Origin: a virus
Lineage: Duplodnaviria > Caudoviricetes
Virus record (IMG/VR): IMGVR_UViG_3300017785_001899
Location: 1 to 32,365 of that record
Strand: one strand, 5' to 3'
Length of the DNA stretch: 32,365 bases
Shown: positions 30,802-32,365 of the stretch, one piece after another
How the letters are laid out: the number at the start of each line of letters is the position of its first letter
How positions within the stretch are numbered: the stretch's first letter is position 1
Made by a program: the position numbers and the translations under genes
The notes under the pieces: generated by a model
Database searches by the model: none
What the model saw: only the letters and a program-made list of their open reading frames with translations
What the model was told of the DNA's origin: nothing

Positions 30802-32123
30802 TTCTTTTTCTGTTTCGGAACATCCTCATCTCTCACTTTTGAAGCGGTCACGAACCGTGTCCACTCCTTCATAAAAATCAGATTAACCACCCCAGTCTCT
30901 CCGTCTCGACTCTTCTCGATCATCAACTTGATCGGTTGAACCTTCGGCTCCCACTCGCCATCGTTCATCAACTTCCACACATTATCAGCATCCTGACCAA
31001 TAGCCCGACTCTCTCGCAACTTTCCATCGTCGTTAAGCTGAGACAGCGCGATCACGCAACAGTTCAGTTCCATTGCGATTGATTTCAATCCACGAGACAC
31101 GCTGGCGATCTCCTGCTCCCGGTTGTCGCCGGATCCTGAGATGAGTTGGATGTAGTCAATGACCACGATCTTCAGGCCCTGCTTCTGGTGTATCCTGCGA
31201 CACACGGCAGCGATCTGTGAAATGCTCATGCCACTCGCCTGCTCGATCACAATCGGAGCGTGTGAGATCTTGCCCGCTGAGTGGGTCAGCTTCGGACAGT
31301 CGTTTTCGGTGATGAACCTCCTGTTCACTCTCGCGTGTGAGAACATGGCGCGAGAAACGATCTTGGACGGAGACATCTCAGCGGAGAAAAACGCTGACTG
31401 GATTCCACGAAGAGAAGCATCAAAAGCAATGTTCGCTGCGAACGCTGTTTTTCCTGTGGATGGGTATCCCGCGATCACGATCACTTCCCCACCGTGCAGC
31501 CCGTCTGTCTTTGAATCAACATCGGCCAACTCAGTCGAGACACCAAGGATCGTGTCTGTTTTCATCCGGGCTTCAAGATCCGCTATGGCTTCGAGCGTTA
31601 AGCTCTTGATGTCGCTGCTCTGCTTCTTGCAGGTTCTGATCGCGAGCGCTGACTTCTCAAACTCGTCGAGGAACTCGTCCGTGGTGCAGGCGTGATTATA
31701 GACTTTTTCGAGATGCTCAGTGCATGTCTCGATCACCTTCCTAAGAGTCCGCTTCTCCAAGATTGTGTCAAGGTAGTGAGGAAGGGCTGCTGATGATCCT
31801 GTGGCGTTCTGAAGATCGTTGAGGTAGTGAATTCCACCCACTTGATCAAGAAGCCCTGAATCCTTCAGCCGCTGATGGATCGTGATAAGATCGAGCGGAA
31901 CCCGCTCGTCTGCCATCTTCACGATGGTTTCGTAGATGGTTCGGTGGCGCAGGTCGTAGAACGTCTCCAGATCGCTCCCAATCGCTTCTACGCACTTTCC
32001 GACACAATCCATCGGTGAGAGCAGGATGCAGCCTAAGACACCCTGTTCTGATTCAGAGGAGTGGGGAGGAAGCCGGAGTGTTCCGGTGGATTTCGATGCT
32101 TGGTCTGAAATTGATGGGATCAT
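30798..32123 (-). CDS. dnaB: Replicative DNA helicase, DnaB family
   Basis: LPPHS.ESEQGVLG N-domain, Walker A GYPSTGKT, FSAEMS, VIDYIQL, ALSQLN, LRES.AIGQDAD and KSRDG. Confidence 0.95.
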   Translation of the reverse strand: MIPSISDQASKSTGTLRLPPHSSESEQGVLGCILLSPMDCVGKCVEAIGSDLETFYDLRHRTIYETIVKMADERVPLDLITIHQRLKDSGLLDQVGGIHYLNDLQNATGSSAALPHYLDTILEKRTLRKVIETCTEHLEKVYNHACTTDEFLDEFEKSALAIRTCKKQSSDIKSLTLEAIADLEARMKTDTILGVSTELADVDSKTDGLHGGEVIVIAGYPSTGKTAFAANIAFDASLRGIQSAFFSAEMSPSKIVSRAMFSHARVNRRFITENDCPKLTHSAGKISHAPIVIEQASGMSISQIAAVCRRIHQKQGLKIVVIDYIQLISGSGDNREQEIASVSRGLKSIAMELNCCVIALSQLNDDGKLRESRAIGQDADNVWKLMNDGEWEPKVQPIKLMIEKSRDGETGVVNLIFMKEWTRFVTASKVRDEDVPKQKKK

Positions 32124-32126
32124 AAA

Positions 32127-32365
32127 TCAGAACCTTCCTCCCACAGCCGGGGTGACACCCTGAGAGTCCATCACATCCTCCCAGCGCCTCTGGAACAGCC
32201 AAGTGGCCGGGTATGGTATGAACTGGCCCGAATCCTTCGTCCACTGCTCTGAGCGCTTCTGGGACTCCAAGGCTTTGAGGATCTCAGGAAGCGACGACGA
32301 GCAACCAAGGCGAGTCCAGATCCCAAAAGCTTTTGATTTCGCAACCTTGTGAGGGTAGGAAGCCC
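32127..32365 (-). CDS. Phage replication initiator protein, C-terminal part (truncated by the window edge)
   Basis: Manual translation ...SYPHKVAKSKAFGIW...EQWTKDSGQFIPYPATWLFQRRWED...* matches the conserved YP.K..K..A...W / GQFIP.PATWL...RWED initiator signature, directly upstream of dnaB. Confidence 0.8.
   Translation of the reverse strand, partial: ASYPHKVAKSKAFGIWTRLGCSSSLPEILKALESQKRSEQWTKDSGQFIPYPATWLFQRRWEDVMDSQGVTPAVGGRF

Overview
This window is a densely coded fragment of a tailed phage (or prophage) genome of podovirus-like type. DnaB and FN3 sequence style suggest a Verrucomicrobiota host (inference). Almost all genes lie on the minus strand. In transcription order they are: replication initiator (partial), DnaB helicase, two small ORFs, a lone plus-strand large terminase, an FN3 membrane protein, a tail/fibre module, an adaptor, two small ejection-type proteins, a 3575-aa polyvalent virion protein, two Cys-rich proteins, a GT-A-like glycosyltransferase, the portal, a small protein, a scaffold-like protein, two small ORFs and a GT9/glycoside-hydrolase fusion. 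The giant protein carries three ADP-ribosyltransferase-like modules, two metallopeptidase-like modules and an HhH-glycosylase-like module. No major capsid, small terminase, lysis, integrase, RNA or CRISPR feature is recognisable. The most unusual signal lies inside the giant gene: two near-identical 36-bp sigma70-type promoters (TTGACA-16-TAACAT with an extended TG). Each is followed 5 nt later by the ATG of a small out-of-frame nested ORF (43 and 53 aa) that stops just before the next enzymatic domain. The same leaderless promoter-ATG geometry precedes five ordinary genes of this phage, suggesting hidden, separately expressed immunity or regulatory peptides within a multi-effector injected protein. 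All family assignments come from motif recognition by eye, not database searches.
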